DNA of 64,000 nt, from contig JAKSMC010000005.1 of assembly GCA_024400835.1 (NCBI GenBank), positions 27,456 through 91,455 of the forward strand. The letters are read 5' to 3'. Within the stretch, counting starts at the first letter, position 1. Each line of letters opens with the position of its first letter. A program made the position numbers and the translations under genes. The notes under the pieces are model-generated. The model had not been told where the DNA came from, searched no databases, and was given only the letters and a program-made list of their open reading frames with translations. Positions 17,708-26,330 of the stretch are shown here, piece after piece. The DNA comes from Bacteroidales bacterium. Its GTDB lineage: Bacteria > Bacteroidota > Bacteroidia > Bacteroidales > WCHB1-69.

Positions 17708-18766
17708 ATGAAAACTCGCGTACTAATGGCAATGTCAGGCGGCATCGACAGCAGCGTGGCCGCACTCTTACTCCAGCAGCAGAACTACGATTTGGTTGGA
17801 GTAACTTTTTGTAATATGGATTCTTTTTGCCAAAATCAGCAGGGTGCCTCTGAATTGGATGAGGCCCGTGCGCTGGCAGACAAGTTGGGCATCGAACATC
17901 ACGTCTTGGACGTCAGGGAGGTGTTCCGCAAAACGGTTATTCAGAATTTTATTGACGAATACCTCTGCTGCAGGACCCCGAATCCGTGCGTGATTTGCAA
18001 TCCCGTCATCAAATGGGGACAGCTCCTGCAGTTCGCTGATGAAATGAATTGCCAATGGCTGGCAACAGGACATTATGCGCAGATAGGCTGCAAAAACGAC
18101 AGGCATTTTGTGAGAAAAGGAAAAGATGTCCGTAAGGACCAGTCTTATTTCCTGTGGAAACTGAAAGATGAGTTCCTCCGTCGTACCATTTTCCCGTTGG
18201 GCGGACTCACCAAACAGGAAGTCCGGGAACTGGCTGCCCAAAACGGATTCGTCAGCCTTTCCGAAAAAAAGGAGAGCGAGGAAATATGCTTTGTGCCTGA
18301 CGATAACTATAGGACTTTTTTGAAGGAGAATGTGCCGGATTTGGATGAGAAAATGAAACCGGGCAAAATGGTTGACAAAGAAGGCAAGGTGTTGGGGCAA
18401 CATTGCGGTCTGTACAATTATACTATCGGACAGCGCAGAGGCCTCGGCATTGCCCTGGGGATTCCTGCCTATGTGGTGGGCCTTGACGAGGAACGCAACC
18501 GCGTGATTATCGGTTCAAGAGAAGATTTGATGGGCAGAGAGTTGAGAGTGAGGGATGCCAATATCGTGAAATACCCTGATTTCAAGGACGGCCAGCAGGT
18601 CGGCTGCAGAATCCGCTATCGCAGTCGCGGCGTGCAGGCCCGCCTCTACCATGACGGTGACTATGTGCGCGTAGAACTGGAAGCCCCGGTCGATTCCATC
18701 ACCCCCGGACAAAGCGCTGTCTTCTATGAAGGCGATGACCTCTTAGGCGGCGGCATCATTATGTAG
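17708..18766 (+). CDS. mnmA: tRNA 2-thiouridine(34) synthase MnmA
   Basis: PP-loop motif is AMSGGIDSS. The length and conserved cysteine context (NPCVICN) are typical of MnmA. Confidence 0.9.
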   Translation: MKTRVLMAMSGGIDSSVAALLLQQQNYDLVGVTFCNMDSFCQNQQGASELDEARALADKLGIEHHVLDVREVFRKTVIQNFIDEYLCCRTPNPCVICNPVIKWGQLLQFADEMNCQWLATGHYAQIGCKNDRHFVRKGKDVRKDQSYFLWKLKDEFLRRTIFPLGGLTKQEVRELAAQNGFVSLSEKKESEEICFVPDDNYRTFLKENVPDLDEKMKPGKMVDKEGKVLGQHCGLYNYTIGQRRGLGIALGIPAYVVGLDEERNRVIIGSREDLMGRELRVRDANIVKYPDFKDGQQVGCRIRYRSRGVQARLYHDGDYVRVELEAPVDSITPGQSAVFYEGDDLLGGGIIM

Positions 18767-18793
18767 ATTTTTAACTGACAAAATTATAATATC

Positions 18794-19243
18794 ATGACAC
18801 TGGAACAACGTATTAACGACGACATCAAGGCTGCTATGCTGGCCCGTGAAAAAGAAAAACTCAACGCACTTCGTGCTATCAAGTCCGCAATCCTCCTTGC
18901 CAAAACTCAAAAGGGCGGCTCCGACGAACTGGACGAGGAAGCTGAAATCAAATTGCTCAAACAATTGGTGAAACAACGCCAGGATTCCGCTGAAATGTAC
19001 AAGGCCCAGAATCGCGAAGACCTTTATGCAGAGGAAAAAAGCCAACTCGACGTTATTTCAACATACCTCCCTCAGATGATGTCTGAAGAAGAAGTGGAAT
19101 CCACCCTCAAACAAATCATTGCCGACAACGGATTCGCCGGTATGAAGGATATGGGTAAGGTGATGGGCATGGCAACCAAAACTTTTGCTGGCAAGGCCGA
19201 TAATAAAATGGTCTCCGAAATCGTTAAACGCCTGCTTTCCTAA
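18794..19243 (+). CDS. GatB/YqeY domain protein
   Basis: 149 aa. The N-terminus LEQRINDDIKAAMLAREKEKLNALRAIKSAI matches the YqeY family pattern. Confidence 0.85.
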   Translation: MTLEQRINDDIKAAMLAREKEKLNALRAIKSAILLAKTQKGGSDELDEEAEIKLLKQLVKQRQDSAEMYKAQNREDLYAEEKSQLDVISTYLPQMMSEEEVESTLKQIIADNGFAGMKDMGKVMGMATKTFAGKADNKMVSEIVKRLLS

Positions 19244-19302
19244 TTCCGAACTTGAAACTTGGATCTTGAAACTTGAAACCATAACATCCCCTTCCTGACA
19301 AT

Positions 19303-20427
19303 ATGAAATACTATATCGTGGCTGGCGAGGCATCCGGCGATTTACATGCCTCGAATCTGATGAAGGCTCTCAAAGCCCGCGACCCTGAAGCTGATTTCCG
19401 CTGTTGGGGAGGCGATTTGATGCAGGCTGAAGGTGGCGACTTGGTCAAGCATTACAAAGAAATGTCCTTTATGGGCTTCTGGGAGGTGTTTGTCCATTTG
19501 AATGCCATCCTCCGAAATATCCGCATTTGCGAGACTGACATCCTGCTTTACGAACCGGATGTGCTCATCCTCGTTGACTATCCCGGTTTCAATCTGCGGA
19601 TTGCTGAGTTCGCCAAATCGAACCATATCAAAGTCTGCTACTATATCTCTCCGCAGATTTGGGCTTGGAAGAAAGGCAGAATCAAGAAAATCAAGAGGGA
19701 TGTGGATGAGATGATGGTCATCCTTCCCTTTGAAGAAAAATTCTATGCCGAGCAAGGTATGAAGGTGAACTACGTCGGTCACCCATTGCTGGATGCGGTC
19801 AGCAAAGATTTGCACGACAGCGATGAGGTCAAGCAGTTCCGCTCGCAGCACGGCTTTGATGATAGAGAAATCATCGCACTGCTGCCCGGAAGCCGCAAGC
19901 AGGAAATCACAGCTCTTCTGCCTCAGATGCTCAAGATGGTGGCTCTTTTCCCACAATACCAATTTGCCGTTTCCGTAGTCTCTTGGCAGCCGAAGTCCCT
20001 GTACGAAAAGTACATCAAAGACACCCCTGTCAAGATGGTGGAAGGCAGCGCGTATCCTTTGCTGGCCAATGCCAAAGCAGCTATCGTGACTTCTGGCACG
20101 GCCACCCTTGAAACCGCTATGATCGGCACTCCCGAAGTGGTATGCTATGCAGGCAATGAACTCTCCTACCTGATTGCCAAACAACTTATCCACGGCATCA
20201 ATTACATCTCGCTGGTGAATTTGATTATGGACAAAAAGGTGGTTACCGAACTGATTCAACATGATTACAACACCCAACATCTCCAAGAGGAGTTGGTTGC
20301 CATTACGGAAGATGAAGCCAATGTGGCCCGTATCAAGGACGAGTACCGCCAACTGTATGCGCTGCTGGGCGACGGCTCTGCTTCGGCAAAGGCCGCCGAG
20401 GTTGTCATTAATCTTGCTAAACGATAA
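19303..20427 (+). CDS. lpxB: Lipid-A-disaccharide synthase
   Basis: The N-terminus MKYYIVAGEASGDLHASNLMKAL is the LpxB signature. 374 aa. Confidence 0.9.
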   Translation: MKYYIVAGEASGDLHASNLMKALKARDPEADFRCWGGDLMQAEGGDLVKHYKEMSFMGFWEVFVHLNAILRNIRICETDILLYEPDVLILVDYPGFNLRIAEFAKSNHIKVCYYISPQIWAWKKGRIKKIKRDVDEMMVILPFEEKFYAEQGMKVNYVGHPLLDAVSKDLHDSDEVKQFRSQHGFDDREIIALLPGSRKQEITALLPQMLKMVALFPQYQFAVSVVSWQPKSLYEKYIKDTPVKMVEGSAYPLLANAKAAIVTSGTATLETAMIGTPEVVCYAGNELSYLIAKQLIHGINYISLVNLIMDKKVVTELIQHDYNTQHLQEELVAITEDEANVARIKDEYRQLYALLGDGSASAKAAEVVINLAKR

Positions 20428-20431
20428 AGAA

Positions 20432-21016
20432 ATGAAACGAATCGCCTTGTTCTGTTCCCTTTTGATGTTCGTATGGATGAATCTTTGCGCTCAGGAAAGC
20501 ATTGACACACTGCCTCCTGTCGCTAAGGACTATCAGTGGATTTCCTATCGCGGGAAGGCCGACATCATCGACACGGGCGGCACCCGCTCCTGCAACTTCT
20601 TTATGGTGAACAGGACGGACAGCCTTCTCTACCTGAATGTCCATGCGTCGGGAATAGAGCTGATTCGTATGGTCTTCACACCCGATACCGTGACCTATGT
20701 GAATAAACTCACGTATCAATATTATAAAGGTTCGTATGCGCCGTTCCGTATGCTGACACATCTACCCATCGATTTCGAAATGGTGCAGGCAGCCTTCAAT
20801 GGCGACTCGGAAAAACTGCCACAGCGCCAGAAACTCTCTTTCGAATATAGCAATTTTGTGGCCGTGGACTCTTCCCAGTCTTTTTTCACGGAAATGTCTT
20901 TTAAAGATTTGGACCACGTGCTTGAGATCAGGGCTGCATTGAAGAATGTTAAACTGAACACGCCGGGTCCTACAAGTATTCGAATCCCTGAAAAGTTCGA
21001 AGAGTTGAAGTTCTAA
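20432..21016 (+). CDS. Secreted hypothetical protein (possibly DUF4292/LolB-like; family not verified)
   Basis: ORF 20261..21016 overlaps lpxB. The internal ATG at 20432 gives MKRIALFCSLLMFVWMNLCAQ, a signal peptide, directly after the lpxB stop. Confidence 0.6.
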   Translation: MKRIALFCSLLMFVWMNLCAQESIDTLPPVAKDYQWISYRGKADIIDTGGTRSCNFFMVNRTDSLLYLNVHASGIELIRMVFTPDTVTYVNKLTYQYYKGSYAPFRMLTHLPIDFEMVQAAFNGDSEKLPQRQKLSFEYSNFVAVDSSQSFFTEMSFKDLDHVLEIRAALKNVKLNTPGPTSIRIPEKFEELKF

Positions 21017-21022
21017 TCCGAT

Positions 21023-21934
21023 ATGCTCTTTTCGGCCAATACAATAAAGGAATTAGCTTGTGCGGCTGGGTTTTCCAGTTGTGGCATAGCGCGTGCCCGT
21101 TCGTTGGAGGTGGCACGCGGACAATTTGAAGATGCTTTGGCCCAGGGACGTCAGGCATCCATGCGTTTTTTGGAAAGAGATGTGGACAAACGTTTCAATC
21201 CGGAAAAATTGCTGCCAGGCTGCCAAAGCGTCATTGTCGTCACATATAATTATTGTATAGATGAAGAACCTGCTTCCGATAAGTATCGCACAGCCCGTTA
21301 CACCTGGATTGAAGATTACCACGTTGTCGTCAAAGAACTTTTAGATAGGGTGGTGGAGCAGATGAAGACCATAACGGATTGCCAGTGCAGAGTGACTGTT
21401 GACAGTTCCTGTATATCTGAAAAGAACTGGGCCGTCGAGGCAGGAATCGGATGCTACGGTAAAAACGGATTGATTCATAATGACTCGGGCTCCTTTTTTG
21501 TCATCGGGACGATCCTGACGGATATCGAATTTGATTGCTACGACACGGCTTGTGAATCCGATTGCGGAGACTGCCGACTCTGCGTTGAAAGTTGCCCCGC
21601 GCACGCGCTGGAAACCCCGTTTTGTGTGGATGCCCGCAAGTGCTTCTCGTTCCATACGGTAGAGAACAAAGACGCGGATCGGGAATTGCTCGGGAAGGCT
21701 CCGCTGCTCTTCGGCTGCGATGTGTGCCAGGAGGTTTGCCCAAGGAATCAGAAAAAGAGAACTTCGGTGTCGGGCAAACCGAAAACTTCATTATTTTTGC
21801 GCCTCCAAAACGAGCAGTTCGAAAACCTCTCTAAAGAGGATTTCAAACGCTATTTTGGGAACACTTCAATTGCTAGACGGAAATACGATCGCTTCATTGA
21901 GGCGGTTCAAACTCGAAATAAGGAATCTCAATAA
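21023..21934 (+). CDS. queG: Epoxyqueuosine reductase QueG
   Basis: About 300 aa. It has the ferredoxin motif CGDCRLCVESCP plus a second cluster CDVCQEVCP and a QueG-like N-terminal domain. Confidence 0.8.
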   Translation: MLFSANTIKELACAAGFSSCGIARARSLEVARGQFEDALAQGRQASMRFLERDVDKRFNPEKLLPGCQSVIVVTYNYCIDEEPASDKYRTARYTWIEDYHVVVKELLDRVVEQMKTITDCQCRVTVDSSCISEKNWAVEAGIGCYGKNGLIHNDSGSFFVIGTILTDIEFDCYDTACESDCGDCRLCVESCPAHALETPFCVDARKCFSFHTVENKDADRELLGKAPLLFGCDVCQEVCPRNQKKRTSVSGKPKTSLFLRLQNEQFENLSKEDFKRYFGNTSIARRKYDRFIEAVQTRNKESQ

Positions 21935-22911
21935 TGAATAAGTTGGATAGAAACGCTGAAATTTTGGGCTATGCCAGCCAGGTGCTGTTGGATGAGGCAG
22001 AAGCCGTGAATAAGATACGCCAGTACTTGAATGATGATTTCACCAAGAGTGTGGAAACTATTCTGCGCTCAAATGGCCGTTTGATTGTTACCGGTATTGG
22101 GAAAAGTGCCATCATCGGGCAGAAAATCGTGGCCACGCTTAACTCCACGGGCACCCCGGCCATATTTATGCACGCAGCCGACGCTATACACGGTGACTTG
22201 GGCATCATCCAACCTGATGATGTGGTGCTTTGCATCTCGAAAAGCGGCAATACTCCTGAAATCTCTCAGTTAACGCCCTTCCTTAAAAAGAATGGGAACA
22301 TCCTGATTGCTATGGTGGGCAATACCGATTCATTTTTGGCTCGCGAGGCATCTTATGTGCTTAACTGCACCGTTGAGCGCGAGGCCAGCCCCAACAATCT
22401 GGCTCCTACCTGCAGTTCGACTGCCCAGTTGGCCTTAGGCGACGCACTCGCATCAACACTCATCAAACTGCGCGGTTTTACTTCTCAGGATTTCGCAAAA
22501 CTGCATCCCGGCGGCATCCTCGGAAAACGTCTTATTATGAAGGTCAGCGACCTCTACAAATATAACGAAGTCCCTGCCGTTACCGCAGATGCCCCAATGC
22601 AGCAGGTGATCCTCGAAATCTCAGGAAAGTGTCTGGGCGTTACGGCTGTCGTGGAAGGTGACAGGGTGATTGGTGCCATTACCGACGGAGACCTCCGCCG
22701 TATGCTCCAAAAGAATCCTGATTATGTAAACCTCAAAGCGGCCGATGTGATGACGGTAAATCCGAAGTTTATCCAGGAAGACACCCTCGCAGTGGATGCT
22801 CTCGAACTGATGAAGGAGAAGAACATCACCAATTTGTTCGTGGTTGACCACGAGGGCCGTTATCGCGGAGTCATTCATATTCACGATATTATAAAGGAAG
22901 GAATCGTGTAG
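21934..22911 (+). CDS. KpsF/GutQ/KdsD family arabinose-5-phosphate isomerase (SIS + 2 CBS)
   Basis: SIS motifs are VTGIGKSAIIGQKIVATLNSTG and ISKSGNT. C-terminal CBS pair. Confidence 0.9.
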   Translation: MNKLDRNAEILGYASQVLLDEAEAVNKIRQYLNDDFTKSVETILRSNGRLIVTGIGKSAIIGQKIVATLNSTGTPAIFMHAADAIHGDLGIIQPDDVVLCISKSGNTPEISQLTPFLKKNGNILIAMVGNTDSFLAREASYVLNCTVEREASPNNLAPTCSSTAQLALGDALASTLIKLRGFTSQDFAKLHPGGILGKRLIMKVSDLYKYNEVPAVTADAPMQQVILEISGKCLGVTAVVEGDRVIGAITDGDLRRMLQKNPDYVNLKAADVMTVNPKFIQEDTLAVDALELMKEKNITNLFVVDHEGRYRGVIHIHDIIKEGIV

Positions 22912-22978
22912 GAGATTCATTGGAGAAAGTTTTTTTCGAAATCGAACCTGCAGGTGTTGGATGTTTCGAAAAAAATAC

Positions 22979-22986
22979 TATTTTTG
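22979..22986 (+). promoter_or_regulatory. -7 box TATTTTTG for tRNA-Leu
   Basis: Lies 37 nt upstream of the tRNA 5' end. Confidence 0.4.
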
Positions 22987-23022
22987 CGCCCGCTTTCAAA
23001 AAGGGAAGCATGTCCGAAAAAA

Positions 23023-23104
23023 GCCCGGATGGCGGAATTGGTAGACGCGTACGTTTCAGGTGCGTATGCCGCAAGGTGTGCAGGTTCAAGTCCTGTTCCG
23101 GGCA
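23023..23104 (+). tRNA. tRNA-Leu (anticodon CAG), type II with long variable arm
   Basis: Hand fold. The acceptor GCCCGGA pairs with TCCGGGC. The anticodon stem is TACGT/GCGTA with loop TTCAGGT. The T-loop is GGTTCAAGTCC. CCA is not encoded. Confidence 0.9.
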
Positions 23105-23112
23105 CGAAAGAA

Positions 23113-23139
23113 AGAAGACTAAGGTCTTCTTTTTTTTTA
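23113..23139 (+). terminator. Intrinsic terminator after tRNA-Leu
   Basis: Hairpin AGAAGAC-TAAG-GTCTTCT followed by T9. Confidence 0.8.
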
Positions 23140-23255
23140 TGTCTTTTAGAGAGATTTGCAGTGTCATACATTAAAATAAATAAAATTATTGAAATTATTT
23201 TTAATGTGTTTTAATAATTTTAATGAAGCGCACGCCGCAGGCGGAGAAACAACTG

Positions 23256-23332
23256 CCCACGAATTTTCACTAATTATCACGAATGAAAATTAGCCTCAAT
23301 AAAATTCGTGTCCATTCGTGCTAATTCGTGGG
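23256..23332. repeat. CACGAAT palindromic repeat element, copy 1 (MITE/REP-like, ~77 bp)
   Basis: Termini CCCACGAATT ... AATTCGTGGG are reverse complements. The right arm holds three ATTCGTG heptamers at ~10-bp spacing. Confidence 0.8.
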
Positions 23333-23342
23333 AAAATAACCA

Positions 23343-23420
23343 CCCACGAATTTTCACTAATTATCACGAATGAAGATTATCCAATACATAATTCGTACCC
23401 ATTCGTGCCCATTCGTGGGG
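23343..23420. repeat. CACGAAT palindromic repeat element, copy 2
   Basis: Same termini and internal CACGAATGAAGATTAT core. It is tandem to copy 1 with a 10-bp spacer. Confidence 0.8.
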
Positions 23421-23652
23421 AAAAGCAAGTGGAGCAACTAATTGGTTCTCAACTATATAAAATAAATTTTCAAAAAAATGCATTTTTGTTGTAACAAAAT
23501 GCCCCACTCATTACGTCCTTACAATAAAGGAACATTGGCATCTGCCTCGCAACTGCAAAGACTTAACACATAACCTTCCAAATACTGAACTCATTGACAC
23601 ATTGCCATATAGCCGTATCACCCTTTGATTATTAACTTTAAATTTTAATATT

Positions 23653-25686
23653 ATGAAAAAGCACTTTACCCTTATTTTCACGTTATTCCTAATTCTCCTC
23701 CAAATTTCCGCCTCCGCCCAGGGCGAGTGGAAGTGGGCCAACTACTGGACGGGCAACGACGACCTGTTGAATCCATCTCACGCATATAACTATGTGGTGC
23801 GCACCGCCTTTGATGATGACGGAAACGTTTATGTTTTCGGCAGCTTTGGCGGAAATGCCTTTCTGTATGACCAAAACCAGGAAATCAGATTCTCCGACAT
23901 TCCCATTATTGAGTCTAATAGTTCTCCAGGCAATGTTTTGGCAAAATTCAACGCGCAAGGTGACTTGCTTTGGTATAAGTTTATCAAAAGCACAAATGGC
24001 GATTGTCTTCCGTATGATATGGTTATCAAAGACAGTGTCATTTTAATTGCTGGTGAATATAGTTGGACCTATGCTCTGAACAAACCGTTTTGGTTTTTTG
24101 ACACGCTTATCACAGAGCAAACAGCACTTTCATATGGGAATGGAGCCTACCAACCTCCATTCACTTTTGGCAATTACTCTTACTTTGTTTATTTTGACCC
24201 TAATGGCGATATCATTCAAAAACATTTTGTACAAACCAAATCGAGAGAATGCTATGGGAATACGCATGCAATAGCTCCACTAGGAAGCAGGTTTATAGGA
24301 GGCTATCCTATTTGTATAGATAACGACAACAACATCTACATCGCAGTAAGTATGCAATACGAAGGCAATGAATCTGACCCTTACGGCATAATAATAGATT
24401 GTGACACCGCAAATATGTATAACATATATTTGCCAGGCAACTATTGTGGTTTGTCTCTAAACAATATTATGTTATATAAATTCGCTCCAGATTGGAGTTT
24501 GGTTTGGGGGAAACCATTGGTCCATCATACCGAAGGATTGTCCCCTGCAATCCCCACAGATACGGTGAATCCAAGTTTTAGGCCTTTTGTTGGGGGAATG
24601 AGCATTGATAATCAGGGGAACCTCTATATATCTGGTTATTTAATGGATATGTTTCTTACTGATCAATACAACCAGTACCCAATGTATATTTATTGGGACA
24701 ACGTACATCGTGCAATCATAGATGACCACGGATTGGCATTTTGCTTACCCTTTATAGTAAAATATGATTCTGCGGGAACGGTACAATGGTCGAATCAGGC
24801 TTTTATGAAACACGCACCCACGGCTACATGGTACAATAAGATATACTGGACAGACAACTGTGTCACAGGAAACAGTGTCTATCTTTTGGGAGACACAAGA
24901 GTGACTGAAGGTTATAGTACTTTGTACTATTTTGACAATGAAAATAATAACATGGATATTTCCCAATCATCATGCTATTTTGCCAGATTTAATAGAGATA
25001 ATGGTAGTTTTGAAAATAGCGGCGTTTTCCCTGGGGAAAAAACTTGTTCAGGGGAAACAGCTAAGCCTGCTGTTGTTAACAATCATCTTTTATGCTTGTC
25101 CAAAGATTTTTTCAACAGATATTTCATTTTAGGACAATTCAATACGAATGGCACATTTAAAAAAGGAGATACGATTGTAAACAATAGTGGTACAATGTCC
25201 GCTAATCAAGGAATTGTCTTAAACGAAACGGGATATCTTTTGAATAGTTTTATTTCAACTCAAGACCTGACTTTCGGCCATGACCTCACCCTCAATTTTG
25301 ACGACCACCAACACAGTCACGCTGTTGTCGCATTACGTTACGACCCGTCCATCTTGGAACCCTACCCCGAAGACTCCACGGGCATTGCCGACCGGGAGAG
25401 TCTGAGTCGTGCCGTGGTGCGCGCGTACCCCAATCCTGCCACGGACAAGGTCACGGTGGAAGTGATGATGCCCCTTGAGGATGGCGAAATCTATTTGGGA
25501 GACGTCACCAGCAACTTCACAATGGAGCGCGTCACGGTCACGGACCTTGCGGGGAAAGTGGTCTTGCAGCGCGCCGTGAGTGGCACCCGCGCGGAACTGG
25601 ACTTCAGCGCCCTGCCCGCCGGCACCTACATCATCACCGCAAGCGGCGAGATGGGCGAGTGGGAAGGCAAGGTGGTGAAGAAGTGA
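23653..25686 (+). CDS. Secreted protein with T9SS C-terminal sorting domain (beta-propeller-like repeats)
   Basis: Signal peptide is MKKHFTLIFTLFLILLQISASAQ. The C-terminus YPNPATDKVTVEV...LPAGTYIITASGE...GKVVKK fits the T9SS type A CTD. Confidence 0.85.
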   Translation: MKKHFTLIFTLFLILLQISASAQGEWKWANYWTGNDDLLNPSHAYNYVVRTAFDDDGNVYVFGSFGGNAFLYDQNQEIRFSDIPIIESNSSPGNVLAKFNAQGDLLWYKFIKSTNGDCLPYDMVIKDSVILIAGEYSWTYALNKPFWFFDTLITEQTALSYGNGAYQPPFTFGNYSYFVYFDPNGDIIQKHFVQTKSRECYGNTHAIAPLGSRFIGGYPICIDNDNNIYIAVSMQYEGNESDPYGIIIDCDTANMYNIYLPGNYCGLSLNNIMLYKFAPDWSLVWGKPLVHHTEGLSPAIPTDTVNPSFRPFVGGMSIDNQGNLYISGYLMDMFLTDQYNQYPMYIYWDNVHRAIIDDHGLAFCLPFIVKYDSAGTVQWSNQAFMKHAPTATWYNKIYWTDNCVTGNSVYLLGDTRVTEGYSTLYYFDNENNNMDISQSSCYFARFNRDNGSFENSGVFPGEKTCSGETAKPAVVNNHLLCLSKDFFNRYFILGQFNTNGTFKKGDTIVNNSGTMSANQGIVLNETGYLLNSFISTQDLTFGHDLTLNFDDHQHSHAVVALRYDPSILEPYPEDSTGIADRESLSRAVVRAYPNPATDKVTVEVMMPLEDGEIYLGDVTSNFTMERVTVTDLAGKVVLQRAVSGTRAELDFSALPAGTYIITASGEMGEWEGKVVKK

Positions 25687-25860
25687 TGAGGGTTCAGGGT
25701 ATAGGGTTCAGGGTTTAGGTGGGTGGCGACGTAAATCGGAGGCGGTTGTAGGGACGCGATTCATCGCGTCAGCCGTGGTGCGCTACCGAATGACGTCGCG
25801 CAATTTACAATGGGATTCCGCTGCGCTCTCTTCGGTCACTGGGTGACGTGGTTAACGTTG

Positions 25861-26054
25861 GAGATTCCGCTTCGACTGCTGCGCAGCCTTGCGGAATGGT
25901 GGGAGGACCGCTCAGGGAAAAAAACAGATGGACGGCGGCGCACGCATAGAGATGTTGTCACACTCGTGGTGCCGCCGCCCATTATGTCCCCCGCTCCCAC
26001 AATGCGCGCGCACCATTCCGCAAGACCGACGGTAGGAGGTCGAAGCGGAATCTC
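25861..26054. repeat. GC-rich long imperfect hairpin (~194 nt)
   Basis: The outer arms GAGATTCCGCTTCGAC (25861..25876) and GTCGAAGCGGAATCTC (26039..26054) are perfect complements. Inner complementary blocks are CTTGCGGAATGGTG / CACCATTCCGCAAG and GGCGGCG / GCCGCC. Confidence 0.7.
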
Positions 26055-26060
26055 AATATG

Positions 26061-26166
26061 ATTCGTGCTAATTCGTGGGGAAAAAACTGTCCACGAATTT
26101 TCACCAATTAACACGAATGAAGATTATCTAATACATAATTCGTGCCATTCGTGCTAATTCGTGGGG
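26061..26166. repeat. CACGAAT element: right-arm fragment (26061..26080) plus full copy 3 (26090..26166)
   Basis: Copy 3 is near-identical to copy 2 (CACGAATGAAGATTATCTAATACATAATTCGTGCCATTCGTGCTAATTCGTGGGG). Confidence 0.8.
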
Positions 26167-26330
26167 AAAAGTAAGCAGAGCTCTCTTTGTATATATTCAC
26201 CTGATTTCATCATATACGTGTTAATAAAAAGAACCAACCTCTTTGTCGGATGACTTTGCTTTTTTTGCATCTTTGTGCGGTTGACACCCGATGGAAACAC
26301 CATCGGAAAGAACGTATAGAATAGCTGAAA

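Noticed and set aside
22917-23214. Four 84-92-aa ORFs on both strands around 23.0-23.2 kb
   Set aside because: They overlap tRNA-Leu and its terminator. None has coding-like sequence.
25810-26114. Mirror ORFs of 83 and 92 aa in the GC-rich hairpin
   Set aside because: Both arise from the palindromic structure itself, and their translations mirror each other. There is no start context. I treated the region as non-coding structure.
23105-26170. Integrative element at the tRNA-Leu 3' end
   Set aside because: There is no integrase, excisionase or mobilisation gene. I found no direct repeat of the tRNA 3' end downstream. I kept only the weaker repeat-bracketed-module interpretation.
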